A stretch of 64,000 bases of DNA from Botryllus schlosseri (GCA_051294905.1 CM119372.1:28832001-28896000), one strand, 5' to 3'; positions 26,019 to 40,586 are shown, counted from the stretch's first letter. Made by a program: numbers and translations. Notes: generated by a model from the sequence alone, not told the origin.

Positions 26019-26590
26019 TTATAGTGTCTGTTTCTGGGTAAGATTTAACGATTAGCGGTTAGTAGGCCTTTTCCGTATAGTGCGAGCCTAATTTCTTTTT
26101 CACCTAGCTCTCCTGAACTGATCATATACACTTCATGTATTTCGATAAGCGCCTGGATTGTGGCGAGAATTGATGACAGTCGGCAGATCAGAAATTAATC
26201 TACAATAGGCTTTCCCTATATGCCTCGCTTTTGTAGCTGTGAAAACTTTGCATTGCTATGTCACGCTTCTGTAATCCTATACCGGCTCTTTATTGGCAAA
26301 GCGAATATCAGAGCACCATGGAGATGACCATAAACCGCAAGATAATGATTATCGCACTTTTAAGCAAGGAATGGACGGTGGAATTCGCAATTGGACGCCG
26401 CAGTCAGTCCAATATCATCGATGACGTCCCAATCATATTTGGCGTTCGCGTCTAGTAGAAACTATTTCATTTTGCTTCGGCGATTCAAAGCGCACATGGT
26501 GAATGCATTTATGCATATGTGGAGAGCGTGCTCACCACAATATTTATTTCGTTGTATGAAATTGGGTGTCAATAAATTTCTGGAAAACTC

Positions 26591-26754
26591 ATACTTACCT
26601 GACGAGGCAGTGAACCATGATCAAAAAGGCGGTTCTGCCCGGGCGAGGCCTAGCCATTGCACTTCGGCTTGGTTGACCTCGGCGATTACCCCAAATGTGG
26701 GTAACTCGGTCGTGTAATTTCTGGTAGTTGGGTCTGCGTTCGCGCTAACCCTTT
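26591..26754 (+). ncRNA. U1: U1 snRNA (Sm AATTTCTGG; SL IV variant GTTGGGTCT)
   Basis: U1 motifs intact, one substitution at base of SL IV. Confidence 0.95.
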
Positions 26755-27583
26755 CCATCAAACCAACCATATTAATTAAATAGCTCACAGTGCACGGAAA
26801 AGAATTCGTGGCCAGCGGCTCTCGTAACGACACTCACTTACATGCATTCTCGCAAAGCCGCTGATTATTATAAATATACCAAATACTTGGTTTGTTGATT
26901 TATTTTCCCCCTCGGAACGAACGAGGCCATATAACACGTTTTGAGTTGGCCTACACCTCGATTTGTTCTCGTAGACCTGCGATATAGCAATGGCGTCTGA
27001 CCTTTACATCGTTATAGTGTCTGTTTCTGGGTAAGATTTCACGATTAGCGGTTAGTAGGCCTTTTCCGTATAGTGCGAGCCTAATTTCTTTTTCACCTAG
27101 CTCTCCTGAACTGATCATATACACTTCATGTATTTTGATAAGCGCCTGGATTGTGGCGAGAATTGATGACAGTCTGCAGATCAGAAATTAATCTACAATA
27201 GGCTTTCCCTATATGCCTCGCTTTTGTAGCTGTGAAAACTTTGCATTGCTATGTCACGCTTCTGTAATCCTATACCGGCTCTTTATTGGCAAAGCGAATA
27301 TCAGAGCACCATGGAGATGACCATAAAACACAAGATAATGATTATCGCACTTTTAAGCAAGGAATGGACGGTGGAATTCGCAATTGGACGCCGCAGTCAG
27401 TCCAATATCATCGATGACGTCCCAATCATATTTGGCGTTCGCGTCTTGTAGAAACTATTTTATTTTGCTTCGGCGATTCAAAGCGCACTTGGTGAATGCA
27501 TTTATGCATATGTGGAGAGCGTGCTCACCACAATATTTACTTTGTTGTATGAAATTGGGTGTCAATAAATTTCTGGAAAACTC

Positions 27584-27746
27584 ATACTTACCTGACGAGG
27601 CAGTGAACCATGATCAAAAGGCGGTTCTGCCCGGGCGAGGCCTAGCCATTGCACTTCGGCTTGGTTGACCTCGGCGATTACCCTAAATGTGGGTAACTCG
27701 GTCGTGTAAGTTCTGGTAGTGGGGTCTGCGTTCGCGCTAACCCTTT
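27584..27746 (+). ncRNA. U1: U1 snRNA variant (9-nt loop I, Sm AAGTTCTGG)
   Basis: ATACTTACCTG, ATTGCAC, SL IV. Confidence 0.93.
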
Positions 27747-28007
27747 CCATCCAACCATACTAATTAAATAGCTCACAGTGCATGGAAAAGAATTCGTGGC
27801 CAGCGGCTCTCGTAACGACACTCACTTACATGCATTCTCGCAAAGCCGCTGATTATAATAAATATACCAAATACTTGGTTTGTTGATTTATTTTCCCCCT
27901 CGGAACGAACGTGGCCATATAACACGTTTTGAGTTGGCCTACACCTCGATTTGTTCTCGTGGACCTGCGATATAGCAATGGCGTCTGACCTTTACATCGT
28001 TATAGTG

Positions 28008-28871
28008 CAGGGGCTGGCAACTTCTCCAGTCGGCGGGCCGGATAGAGGAAAATTAGGTACTTGGCGGGCCGGATTGCTGAATCGACACATTATTCGCCCA
28101 TTTATCCACATATACAAGGAATAAATCGTATTTAATAAATGTATTTTAACGACAGCAATGTCGCTTCAAAGCCATTTCTCCGATAATGGCGAGGACAGTG
28201 TGGATTTGAGAATAACATTATCATACAGGCGCCGCCATGTCTGCTTCACTCTGATCAATCAACACACGGTGCAATCCCTAGTTAAGATTTCAAGTCGTTC
28301 GATGACCCCGGTAACCCTAATTTACCAAGATATCAATTCATTAGGGTTGAGTAGGTGCCGTGATAGCGTCGTTGTTCAACTGTGTGGCGTAAATAATCTC
28401 GAATATTGAATTCATACGGCCCGCGTTTTCTACAAAATTTGAAAACTGGCCTGCGACCCGTTTTGAGATGGCGACCCCTGGAATATGCGGTGCCTTACAA
28501 AAGCCTAGAAGTGTGGCGTGCTACAAGTCGGCGGTTGCGGAATCGAAAATAAGAAATATATCAGTCTGGTGTAAATGACCATTGTAGTCGACAAAAATCA
28601 TGATTACCACAGACGACATTAGGGTTGAGTGCATATCGCAAATGCCGATAATGCAAGTCTTCTCGCTTCGACGAACTTACGCGTATGCTCCACTCTCGCA
28701 ACGATGCGCACACACGTATATAGTATTATACAGTCACTTAAATTTGACGTAGTATGCAAGTAGTGGGGGATCTCGACAGACTGGGGCCGCGGGCCACATT
28801 ATCATGTAAGACGGAAAACCATCCGCGGGCCGGACAAAATCCCTTTGCGGGCCGTATGTTGCCCACCCCTG
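28008..28871. mobile_element. hAT MITE, 864-bp form
   Basis: Same TIRs, TSD and site. Confidence 0.92.
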
Positions 28872-29443
28872 TTATAGTGTCTGTTTCTGGGTAAGATTTA
28901 ACGATTAGCGGTTAGTAGGCCTTTTCCGTATAGTGCGAGCCTAATTTCTTTTTCACCTAGCTCTCCTGAACTGATCATATACACTTCATGTATTTCGATA
29001 AGCGCCTGGATTGTGGCGAGAATTGATGACAGTCGGCAGATCAGAAATTAATCTACAATAGGCTTTCCCTATATGCCTCGCTTTTGTAGCTGTGAAAACT
29101 TTGCATTGCTATGTCACGCTTCTGTAATCCTATACCGGCTCTTTATTGGCAAAGCGAATATCAGAGCACCATGGAGATGACCATAAAACACAAGATAATG
29201 ATTATCGCACTTTTAAGCAAGGAATGGACGGTGGAATTCGCAATTGGACGCCGCAGTCAGTCCAATATCATCGATGACGTCCCAATCATATTTGGCGTTC
29301 GCGTCTTGTAGAAACTATTTCATTTTGCTTCGGCGATTCAAAGCGCACTTGGTGAATGCATTTATGCATATGTGGAGAGCGTGCTCACCACAATATTTAC
29401 TTTGTTGTATGAAATTGGGTGTCAATAAATTTCTGGAAAACTC

Positions 29444-29606
29444 ATACTTACCTGACGAGGCAGTGAACCATGATCAAAAGGCGGTTCTGCCCGGGCGAGG
29501 CCTAGCCATTGCACTTCGGCTTGGTTGACCTCGGCGATTACCCCAAATGTGGGTAACTCGGTCGTGTAAGTTCTGGTAGTGGGGTCTGCGTTCGCGCTAA
29601 CCCATT
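29444..29606 (+). ncRNA. U1: U1 snRNA variant (9-nt loop I, Sm AAGTTCTGG)
   Basis: ATACTTACCTG, ATTGCAC, SL IV. Confidence 0.93.
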
Positions 29607-29867
29607 CCATCCAACCATACTAATTAAATAGCTCACAGTGCATGGAAAAGAATTCGTGGCCAGCGGCTCTCGTAACGACACTCACTTACATGCATTCTCG
29701 CAAAGCCGCTGATTATTATAAATATACCAAATACTTGGTTTGTTGATTTATTTTCCCCCTCGGAACGAACGTGGCCATATAACACGTTTTGAGTTGGCCT
29801 ACACCTCGATTTGTTCTCGTGGACCTGCGATATAGCAATGGCGTCTGACCTTTACATCGTTATAGTG

Positions 29868-30731
29868 CAGGGGCTGGCAACTTCTCCAGTCGGCGGGCCG
29901 GATAGAGGAAAATTAGGTACTTGGCGGGCCGGATTGCTGAATCGACACATTATTCGCCCATTTATCCACATATACAAGGAATAAATCGTATTTAATAAAT
30001 GTATTTTAACGACAGCAATGTCGCTTCAAAGCCATTTCTCCGATAATGGCGAGGACAGTGTGGATTTGAGAATAACATTATCATACAGGCGCCGCCATGT
30101 CTGCTTCACTCTGATCAATCAACACACGGTGCAATCCCTAGTTAAGATTTCAAGTCGTTCGATGACCCCGGTAACCCTAATTTACCAAGATATCAATTCA
30201 TTAGGGTTGAGTAGGTGCCGTGATAGCGTCGTTGTTCAACTGTGTGGCGTAAATAATCTCTAATATTGAATTCATACGGCCCGCGTTTTCTACAAAATTT
30301 GAAAACTGGCCTGCGACCCGTTTTGAGATGGCGACCCCTGGAATATGCGGTGCCTTACAAAAGCCTAGAAGTGTGGCGTGCTACAAGTCGGCGGTTGCGG
30401 AATCGAAAATAAGAAATATATCAGTCTGGTGTAAATGACCATTGTAGTCGACAAAAATCATGATTACCACAGACGACATTAGGGTTGAGTGCATATCGCA
30501 AATGCCGATAATGCAAGTCTTCTCGCTTCGACGAACTTACGCGTATGCTCCACTCTCGCAACGATGCGCACACACGTATATAATAATATACAGTCACTTA
30601 AATTTGACGTAGTATGCAAGTAGTGGGGGATCTCGACAGACTGGGGCCGCGGGCCACATTATCATGTAAGACGGAAAACCGTCCGCGGGCCGGACAAAAT
30701 CCCTTCGCGGGCCGTATGTTGCCCACCCCTG
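29868..30731. mobile_element. hAT MITE, 864-bp form
   Basis: Same TIRs, TSD and site. Confidence 0.92.
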
Positions 30732-31282
30732 TTATAGTGTCTGTTTCTGGGTAAGATTTAACGATTAGCGGTTAGTAGGCCTTTTCCGTATAGTGCGAGC
30801 CTAAATTCTTTTTCACCTAGCTCTCCTGAACTGATCATATACACTTCATGTATTTCGATAAGCGCCTGGATTGTGGCGAGAATTGATGACAGTCGGCAGA
30901 TCAGAAATTAATCTACAATAGGCTTTCCCTATATGCCTCGCTTTTGTAGCTGTGAAAACTTTGCATTGCTATGTCACGCTTCTGTAATCCTATACCGGCT
31001 CTTTATTGGCAAAGCGAATATCAGAGCACCATGGAGATGACCATAAACCGCAAGATAATGATTATCGCGCTTTTGAGCAAGGAATGGACGGTGGAGGCGT
31101 CCAATATCATCGATGACGTCCCAATCATATTTGGCGTTCGCGTCTAGTAGAAACTATTTCATTTTGTTTCGGCGATTCAAAGCGCACTTGGTGAATGCAT
31201 TTATGCATATGTGGAGAGCGTGCTCACCACAATATTTATTTTGTTGTATGAAATTGGGTGTCAATAAATTTCTGGAAAACTC

Positions 31283-31446
31283 ATACTTACCTGACGAGGC
31301 AGTGAACCATGATCAAAAAGGCGGTTCTGCCCGGGCGAGGCCTAGCCATTGCACTTCGGCTTGGTTGACCTCGGCGATTACCCCAAATGTGGGTAACTCG
31401 GTCGTGTAATTTCTGGTAGTGGGGTCTGCGTTCGCGCTAACCCTTT
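31283..31446 (+). ncRNA. U1: U1 snRNA, array-consensus type
   Basis: All U1 motifs intact, Sm AATTTCTGG. Confidence 0.97.
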
Positions 31447-31711
31447 CCATCCAACCAACCATACTAATTAAATAGCTCACAGTGCACGGAAAAGAATTCG
31501 TGGCCAGCGGCTCTCGTAACGACACTCACTTACATGCATTCTCGCAAAGCCGCTGATTATTATAAATAAACCAAATACTTGGTTTGTTGATTTATTTTCC
31601 CCCTCGGAACGAACGTGGCCATATAACACGTTTTGAGTTGGCCTACACCTCGATTTGTTCTCGTGGACCTGCGATATAGCAATGGCGTCTGACCTTTACA
31701 TCGTTATAGTG

Positions 31712-32575
31712 CAGGGGCTGGCAGCTTCTCCAGTCGGCGGGCCGGATAGAGGAAAATTAGGTACTTGGCGGGCCGGATTGCTGAATCGACACATTATTTG
31801 CCCATTTATCCACATATACAAGGAATAAATCGTATTTAATAAATGTATTTTAACGACAGCAATGTCGCTTCAAAGCCATTTCTCCGATAATGGCGAGGAC
31901 AGTGTGGATTTGAGAATAACATTATCATACAGGCGCCGCCATGTCTGCTTCACTCTGATCAATCAACACACGGTGCAATCCCTAGTTAAGATTTCAAGTC
32001 GTTCGATGACCCCGGTAACCCTAATTTACCAAGATATCAATTCATTAGGGTTGAGTAGGTGCCGTGATAGCGTCGTTGTTCAACTGTGTGGCGTAAATAA
32101 TCTCTAATATTGAATTCATACGGCCCGCGTTTTCTACAAAATTTGAAAACTGGCCTGCGACCCGTTTTGAGATGGCGACCCCTGGAATATGCGGTGCCTT
32201 ACAAAAGCCTAGAAGTGTGGCGTGCTACAAGTCGGCGGTTGCGGAATCGAAAATAAGAAATATATCAGTCTGGTGTAAATGACCATTGTAGTCGACAAAA
32301 ATCATGATTACCACAGACGACATTAGGGTTGAGTGCATATCGCAAATGCCGATAATGCAAGTCTTCTCGCTTCGACGAACTTACGCGTATGCTCCACTCT
32401 CGCAACGATGCGCACACACGTATATAATAATATACAGTCACTTAAATTTGACGTAGTATGCAAGTAGTGGGGGATCTCGACAGACTGGGGCCGCGGGCCA
32501 CATTATCATGTAAGACGGAAAACCGTCCGCGGGCCGGACAAAATCCCTTCGCGGGCCGTATGTTGCCCACCCCTG
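31712..32575. mobile_element. hAT MITE, 864-bp form
   Basis: Same TIRs, TSD and site. Confidence 0.92.
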
Positions 32576-33126
32576 TTATAGTGTCTGTTTCTGGGTAAGA
32601 TTTAACGATTAGCGGTTAGTAGGCCTTTTCCGTATAGTGCGAGCCTAAATTCTTTTTCACCTAGCTCTCCTGAACTGATCATATACACTTCATGTATTTC
32701 GATAAGCGCCTGGATTGTGGCGAGAATTGATGACAGTCGGCAGATCAGAAATTAATCTACAATAGGCTTTCCCTATATGCCTCGCTTTTGTAGCTGTGAA
32801 AACTTTGCATTGCTATGTCACGCTTCTGTAATCCTATACCGGCTCTTTATTGGCAAAGCGAATATCAGAGCACCATGGAGATGACCATAACACGCAAGAT
32901 AATGATTATCGCGCTTTTGAGCAAGGAATGGACGGTGGAGGCGTCCAATATCATCGATGACGTCCCAATCATATTTGGCGTTCGCGTCTAGTAGAAACTA
33001 TTTCATTTTGTTTCGGCGATTCAAAGCGCACTTGGTGAATGCATTTATGCATATGTGGAGAGCGTGCTCACCACAATATTTATTTTGTTGTATGAAATTG
33101 GGTGTCAATAAATTTCTGGAAAACTC

Positions 33127-33290
33127 ATACTTACCTGACGAGGCAGTGAACCATGATCAAAAAGGCGGTTCTGCCCGGGCGAGGCCTAGCCATTGCACTT
33201 CGGCTTGGTTGACCTCGGCGATTACCCCAAATGTGGGTAACTCGGTCGTGTAATTTCTGGTAGTGGGGTCTGCGTTCGCGCTAACCCTTT
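33127..33290 (+). ncRNA. U1: U1 snRNA, array-consensus type
   Basis: All U1 motifs intact, Sm AATTTCTGG. Confidence 0.97.
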
Positions 33291-33555
33291 CCATCCAACC
33301 AACCATACTAATTAAATAGCTCACAGTGCACGGAAAAGAATTCGTGGCCAGCGGCTCTCGTAACGACACTCACTTACATGCATTCTCGCAAAGCCGCTGA
33401 TTATTATAAATAAACCAAATACTTGGTTTGTTGATTTATTTTCCCCCTCGGAACGAACGTGGCCATATAACACGTTTTGAGTTGGCCTACACCTCGATTT
33501 GTTCTCGTGGACCTGCGATATAGCAATGGCGTCTGACCTTTACATCGTTATAGTG

Positions 33556-34437
33556 CAGGGGCTGGCAGCTTCTCCAGTCGGCGGGCCGGATAGAGGAAAA
33601 TTAGGTACTTGGCGGGCCGGATTGCTGAATCGACACATTATTTGCCCATTTATCCACATATACAAGGAATAAATCGTATTTAATAAATGTATTTTAACGA
33701 CAGCAATGTCGCTTCAAAGCCATTTCTCCGATAATGGCGAGGACAGTGTGGATTTGAGAATAACATTATCATACAGGCGCCGCCATGTCTGCTTCACTCT
33801 GATCAATCAACACACGGTGCAATCCCTAGTTAAGATTTCAAGTCGTTCGATGACCCCGGTAACCCTAATTTACCAAGATATCAATTCATTAGGGTTGAGT
33901 AGATGCCGTGATAGCGTCGTTGTTCAACTGTGTGGCGTAAATAATCTCGAATATTGAATTCATACGGCCCGCGTTTTCTACAAAATTTGAAAACTGGCCT
34001 GTGACCCGTTTTGAGATGGCGACCCCTGGAATATGCGGTGCCTTACAAAAGCCTAGAAGTGTGGCGTGCTACAAGTCGGCGGTTGCAGAATCGAAAATAA
34101 GAAATATATCAGTCTGGTGTAAATGACCATTGTAGTCGACAAAAATCATGATTACCACAGACGACATTAGGGTTGAGTGCATATCGCAAATGCCGATAAT
34201 GCAAGTCTTCTCGCTTCGACGAACTTACGCGTATGCTCCACTCTCGCAACGATGCGCACACACGTATATAATAATATACAGTCACTTAAATTTGACGTAG
34301 TATGCAAGTAGTGGGGGATCTCGACAGACTGGGGTCGCGGGCCACATTATCATGTAAGACGGAAAACCGTCCGCGGGCCGGACAAAATCCCTTCGCGGGC
34401 CGGATCCGGCCCGCGGGCCGTGTGTTGCCCACCCCTG
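33556..34437. mobile_element. hAT MITE, 882-bp form
   Basis: Same TIRs, TSD and site. Confidence 0.92.
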
Positions 34438-35009
34438 TTATAGTGTCTGTTTCTGGGTAAGATTTAACGATTAGCGGTTAGTAGGCCTTTTCCGTATAGT
34501 GCGAGCCTAATTTCTTTTTCACCTAGCTCTCCTGAACTGATCATATACACTTCATGTATTTCGATAAGCGCCTGGATTGTGGCGAGAATTGATGACAGTC
34601 GGCAGATCAGAAATTAATCTACAATAGGCTTTCCCTATATTCCTCGCTTTTGTAGCTGTGAAAACTTTGCATTGCTATGTCACGCTTCTGTAATCCTATA
34701 CCGGCTCTTTATTGGCAAAGCGAATATCAGAGCACCATGGAGATGACCATAAACCGCAAGATAATGATTATCGCACTTTTAAGCAAGGAATGGACGGTGG
34801 AATTCGCAATTGGACGCCGCAGTCAGTCCAATATCATCGATGACGTCCCAATCATATTTGGCGTTCGCGTCTAGTAGAAACTATTTCATTTTGCTTCGGC
34901 TATTCAAAGCGCACTTGGTGAATGCATTTATGCATATGTGGAGAGCGTGCTCACCACAATATTTATTTTGTTGTATGAAATTGGGTGTCAATAAATTTCT
35001 GGAAAACTC

Positions 35010-35173
35010 ATACTTACCTGACGAGGCAGTGAACCATGATCAAAAAGGCGGTTCTGCCCGGGCGAGGCCTAGCCATTGCACTTCGGCTTGGTTGACCTCG
35101 GCGATTACCCCAAATGTGGGTAACTCGGTCGTGTTATTTCTGGTAGTGGGGTCTGCGTTCGCGCTAACCCTTT
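35010..35173 (+). ncRNA. U1: U1 snRNA (Sm TATTTCTGG)
   Basis: ATACTTACCTG, GATCAAAAAG, ATTGCAC, SL IV. Confidence 0.94.
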
Positions 35174-35438
35174 CCATCCAACCAACCATACTAATTAAAT
35201 AGCTCACAGTGCACGGAAAAGAATTCGCGGCCGGCGGCTCTCGTAACGACCCTCACTTACATGCATTCTCGCAAAGCCGCTGATTATAATAAATATACCA
35301 AATACTTGGTTTGTTGATTTATTTTCCCCCTCGGAACGAACGTGGCCATATAACACGTTTTGAGTTGGCCTACACCTCGATTTGTTCTCGTGGACCTGCG
35401 ATATAGCAATGGCGTCTGACCTTTACATCGTTATAGTG

Positions 35439-36297
35439 CAGGGGCTGGCAGCTTCTCCAGTCGGCGGGCCGGATAGAGGAAAATTAGGTACTTGGCGGGC
35501 CGGATTGCTGAATCGACACATTATTCGCCCATTTATCCACATATACAAGGAATAAATCGTATTTAATAAATGTATTTTAACGACAGCAATGTCGCTTCAA
35601 AGCCATTTCTCCGATAATGGCGAGGACAGTGTGGATTTGAGAATAACATTATCATACAGGCGCCGCCATGTCTGCTTCACTCTGATCAATCAACACACGG
35701 TGCAATCCCTAGTTAAGATTTCAAGTCGTTCGATGACCCCGGTAACCCTAATTTACCAAGATATCAATTCATTAGGGTTGAGTAGGTGCCGTGATAGCGT
35801 CGTTGTTCAACGGTGTGGCGTAAATAATCTCGAATATTTAATTCATACGGCCCGCGTTTTCTACAAAATTTGAAAACTGGCCTGTGACCCGTTTTGAGAT
35901 GGCGACCCCTGGAATATGCGGTGCCTTACAAAAGCCTAGAAGTGTGGCGTGCTACAAGTCGGCGGTTGCAGAATCGAAAATAAGAAATATATCAGTCTGG
36001 TGTAAATGACCATTGTAGTCGACAAAAATCATGATTCCCACAGACGACATTAGGGTTGAGTGCATATCGCAAATGCCGATAATGCAAGTCTTCTCGCTTC
36101 GACGAACTTACGCGTATGCTCCACTCTCGCAACGATGCGCACACACGTATATAATAATATACAGTCACTTAAATTTGACGTAGTATGCAAGTAGTGGGGG
36201 ATCTCGACAGACTGGGGTCGCGGCCACATTATCATGTAAGACGGAAAACCGTCCGCGGGCCGGATCCGGCCCGCGGGCCGTATGTTGCCCACCCCTG
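35439..36297. mobile_element. hAT MITE, 859-bp form
   Basis: Same TIRs, TSD and site. Confidence 0.92.
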
Positions 36298-36869
36298 TTA
36301 TAGTGTCTGTTTCTGGGTAAGATTTAACGATTAGCGGTTAGTAGGCCTTTTCCGTATAGTGCGAGCCTAATTTCTTTTTCACCTAGCTCTCCTGAACTGA
36401 TCATATACACTTCATGTATTTCGATAAGCGCCTAGATTGTGGCGAGAATTGATGACAGTCGGCAGATCAGAAATTAATCTACAATAGGCTTTCCCTATAT
36501 GCCTCGCTTTTGTAGCTGTGAAAACTTTGCATTGCTATGTCACGCTTCTGTAATCCTATACCGGCTCTTTATTGGCAAAGCGAATATCAGAGCACCATGG
36601 AGATGACCATAAACCGCAAGATAATGATTATCGCACTTTTAAGCAAGGAATGGACGGTGGAATTCGCAATTGGACGCCGCAGTCAGTCCAATATCATCGA
36701 TGACGTCCCAATCATATTTGGCGTTCGCGTCTAGTAGAAACTATTTCATTTTGCTTCGGCGATTCAAAGCGCACTTGGTGAATGCATTTATGCATATGTG
36801 GAGAGCGTGCTCACCACAATATTTATTTTTTTGTATGAAATTGGGTGTCAATAAATTTCTGGAAAACTC

Positions 36870-37032
36870 ATACTTACCTGACGAGGCAGTGAACCATGAA
36901 CGAAAGGCGGATCTGCCCGGGCGAGGCCTAGCCATTGCACTTCGGCTTGGTTGACCTCGGCGATTACCCCAAATGTGGGTAACTCGGTCGTGTAATTTCT
37001 GGTAGTGGGGTCTGCGTTCGCGCTAACCCTTT
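36870..37032 (+). ncRNA. U1: U1 snRNA variant (loop I GAACGAAAG, stem I GGATCT)
   Basis: ATACTTACCTG, ATTGCAC, Sm AATTTCTGG, SL IV. Confidence 0.93.
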
Positions 37033-37297
37033 CCATCCAACCAACCATACTAATTAAATAGCTCACAGTGCACGGAAAAGAATTCGTGGCCACCGGCTCT
37101 CGTAACGAGACTCACTTACATGCATTCTCGCAAAGCCGCTGATTATTATAAATAAACCAAATACTTGGTTTGTTGATTTATTTTCCCCCTCGGAACGAAC
37201 GTGGCCATATAACACGTTTTGAGTTGGCCTACACCTCGATTTGTTCTCGTGGACCTGCGATATAGCAATGGCGTCTGACCTTTACATCGTTATAGTG

Positions 37298-38156
37298 CAG
37301 GGGCTGGCAGCTTCTCCAGTCGGCGGGCCGGATAGAGGAAAATTAGGTACTTGGCGGGCCGGATTGCTGAATCGACACATTATTCGCCCATTTATCCACA
37401 TATACAAGGAATAAATCGTATTTAATAAATGTATTTTAACGACAGCAATGTCGCTTCAAAGCCATTTCTCCGATAATGGCGAGGACAGTGTGGATTTGAG
37501 AATAACATTATCATACAGGCGCCGCCATGTCTGCTTCACTCTGATCAATCAACACACGGTGCAATCCCTAGTTAAGATTTCAAGTTGTTCGATGACCCCG
37601 GTAACCCTAATTTACCAAGATATCAATTCATTAGGGTTGAGTAGGTGCCGTGATAGCGTCGTTGTTCAACGGTGTGGCGTAAATAATCTCGAATATTTAA
37701 TTCATACGGCCCGCGTTTTCTACAAAATTTGAAAACTGGCCTGTGACCCGTTTTGAGATGGCGACCCCTGGAATATGCGGTGCCTTACAAAAGCCTAGAA
37801 GTGTGGCGTGCTACAAGTCGGCGGTTGCAGAATCGAAAATAAGAAATATATCAGTCTGGTGTAAATGACCATTGTAGTCGACAAAAATCATGATTCCCAC
37901 AGACGACATTAGGGTTGAGTGCATATCGCAAATGCCGATAATGCAAGTCTTCTCGCTTCGACGAACTTACGCGTATGCTCCACTCTCGCAACGATGCGCA
38001 CACACGTATATAATAATATACAGTCACTTAAATTTGACGTAGTATGCAAGTAGTGGGGGATCTCGACAGACTGGGGTCGCGGCCACATTATCATGTAAGA
38101 CGGAAAACCGTCCGCGGGCCGGATCCGGCCCGCGGGCCGTATGTTGCCCACCCCTG
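37298..38156. mobile_element. hAT MITE, 859-bp form
   Basis: Same TIRs, TSD and site. Confidence 0.92.
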
Positions 38157-38728
38157 TTATAGTGTCTGTTTCTGGGTAAGATTTAACGATTAGCGGTTAG
38201 TAGGCCTTTTCCGTATAGTGCGAGCCTAATTTCTTTTTCACCTAGCTCTCCTGAACTGATCATATACACTTCATGTATTTCGATAAGCGCCTGGATTGTG
38301 GCGAGAATTGATGACAGTCGGCAGATCAGAAATTAATCTACAATAGGCTTTCCCTATATGCCTCGCTTTTGTAGCTGTGAAAACTTTGCATTGCTATGTC
38401 ACGCTTCTGTAATCCTATACCGGCTCTTTATTGGCAAAGCGAATATCAGAGCACCATGGAGATGACCATAAACCGCAAGATAATGATTATCGCACTTTTA
38501 AGCAAGGAATGGACGGTGGAATTCGCAATTGGACGCCGCAGTCAGTCCAATATCATCGATGACGTCCCAATCATATTTGGCGTTCGCGTCTAGTAGAAAC
38601 TATTTCATTTTGCTTCGGCGATTCAAAGCGCACTTGGTGAATGCATTTATGCATATGTGGAGAGCGTGCTCACCACAATATTTATTTTTTTGTATGAAAT
38701 TGGGTGTCAATAAATTTCTGGAAAACTC

Positions 38729-38890
38729 ATACTTACCTGACGAGGCAGTGAACCATGAACGAAAGGCGGATCTGCCCGGGCGAGGCCTAGCCATTGCACT
38801 TCGGCTTGGTTGACCTCAGCGATTACCCAAATGTGGGTAACTCGGTCGTGTAATTTCTGGTAGTGGGGTCTGCGTTCGCGCTAACCCTTT
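38729..38890 (+). ncRNA. U1: U1 snRNA variant (loop I GAACGAAAG; 1-nt deletion in SL III)
   Basis: ATACTTACCTG, ATTGCAC, Sm AATTTCTGG, SL IV. Confidence 0.92.
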
Positions 38891-39155
38891 CCATCCAACC
38901 AACCATACTAATTAAATAGCTCACAGTGCACGGAAAAGAATTCGTGGCCACCGGCTCTCGTAACGAGACTCACTTACATGCATTCTCGCAAAGCCGCTGA
39001 TTATTATAAATAAACCAAATACTTGGTTTGTTGATTTATTTTCCCCCTCGGAACGAACGTGGCCATATAACACGTTTTGAGTTGGCCTACACCTCGATTT
39101 GTTCTCGTGGACCTGCGATATAGCAATGGCGTCTGACCTTTACATCGTTATAGTG

Positions 39156-40014
39156 CAGGGGCTGGCAGCTTCTCCAGTCGGCGGGCCGGATAGAGGAAAA
39201 TTAGGTACTTGGCGGGCCGGATTGCTGAATCGACACATTATTCGCCCATTTATCCACATATACAAGGAATAAATCGTATTTAATAAATGTATTTTAACGA
39301 CAGCAATGTCGCTTCAAAGCCATTTCTCCGATAATGGCGAGGACAGTGTGGATTTGAGAATAACATTATCATACAGGCGCCGCCATGTCTGCTTCACTCT
39401 GATCAATCAACACACGGTGCAATCCCTAGTTAAGATTTCAAGTCGTTCGATGACCCCGGTAACCCTAATTTACCAAGATATCAATTCATTAGGGTTGAGT
39501 AGGTGCCGTGATAGCGTCGTTGTTCAACGGTGTGGCGTAAATAATCTCGAATATTTAATTCATACGGCCCGCGTTTTCTACAAAATTTGAAAACTGGCCT
39601 GTGACCCGTTTTGAGATGGCGACCCCTGGAATATGCGGTGCCTTACAAAAGCCTAGAAGTGTGGCGTGCTACAAGTCGGCGGTTGCAGAATCGAAAATAA
39701 GAAATATATCAGTCTGGTGTAAATGACCATTGTAGTCGACAAAAATCATGATTCCCACAGACGACATTAGGGTTGAGTGCATATCGCAAATGCCGATAAT
39801 GCAAGTCTTCTCGCTTCGACGAACTTACGCGTATGCTCCACTCTCGCAACGATGCGCACACACGTATATAATAATATACAGTCACCTAAATTTGACGTAG
39901 TATGCAAGTAGTGGGGGATCTCGACAGACTGGGGTCGCGGCCACATTATCATGTAAGACGGAAAACCGTCCGCGGGCCGGATCCGGCCCGCGGGCCGTAT
40001 GTTGCCCACCCCTG
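39156..40014. mobile_element. hAT MITE, 859-bp form
   Basis: Same TIRs, TSD and site. Confidence 0.92.
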
Positions 40015-40586
40015 TTATAGTGTCTGTTTCTGGGTAAGATTTAACGATTAGCGGTTAGTAGGCCTTTTCCGTATAGTGCGAGCCTAATTTCTTTTTCACC
40101 TAGCTCTCCTGAACTGATCATATACACTTCATGTATTTCGATAAGCGCCTGGATTGTGGCGAGAATTGATGACAGTCGGCAGATCAGAAATTAATCTACA
40201 ATAGGCTTTCCCTATATGCCTCGCTTTTGTAGCTGTGAAAACTTTGCATTGCTATGTCACGCTTCTGTAATCCTATACCGGCTCTTTATTGGCAAAGCGA
40301 ATATCAGAGCACCATGGAGATGACCATAAACCGCAAGATAATGATTATCGCACTTTTAAGCAAGGAATGGACGGTGGAATTCGCAATTGGACGCCGCAGT
40401 CAGTCCAATATCATCGATGACGTCCCAATCATATTTGGCGTTCGCGTCTAGTAGAAACTATTTCATTTTGCTTCGGCGATTCAAAGCGCACTTGGTGAAT
40501 GCATTTATGCATATGTGGAGAGCGTGCTCACCACAATATTTATTTTTTTGTATGAAATTGGGTGTCAATAAATTTCTGGAAAACTC

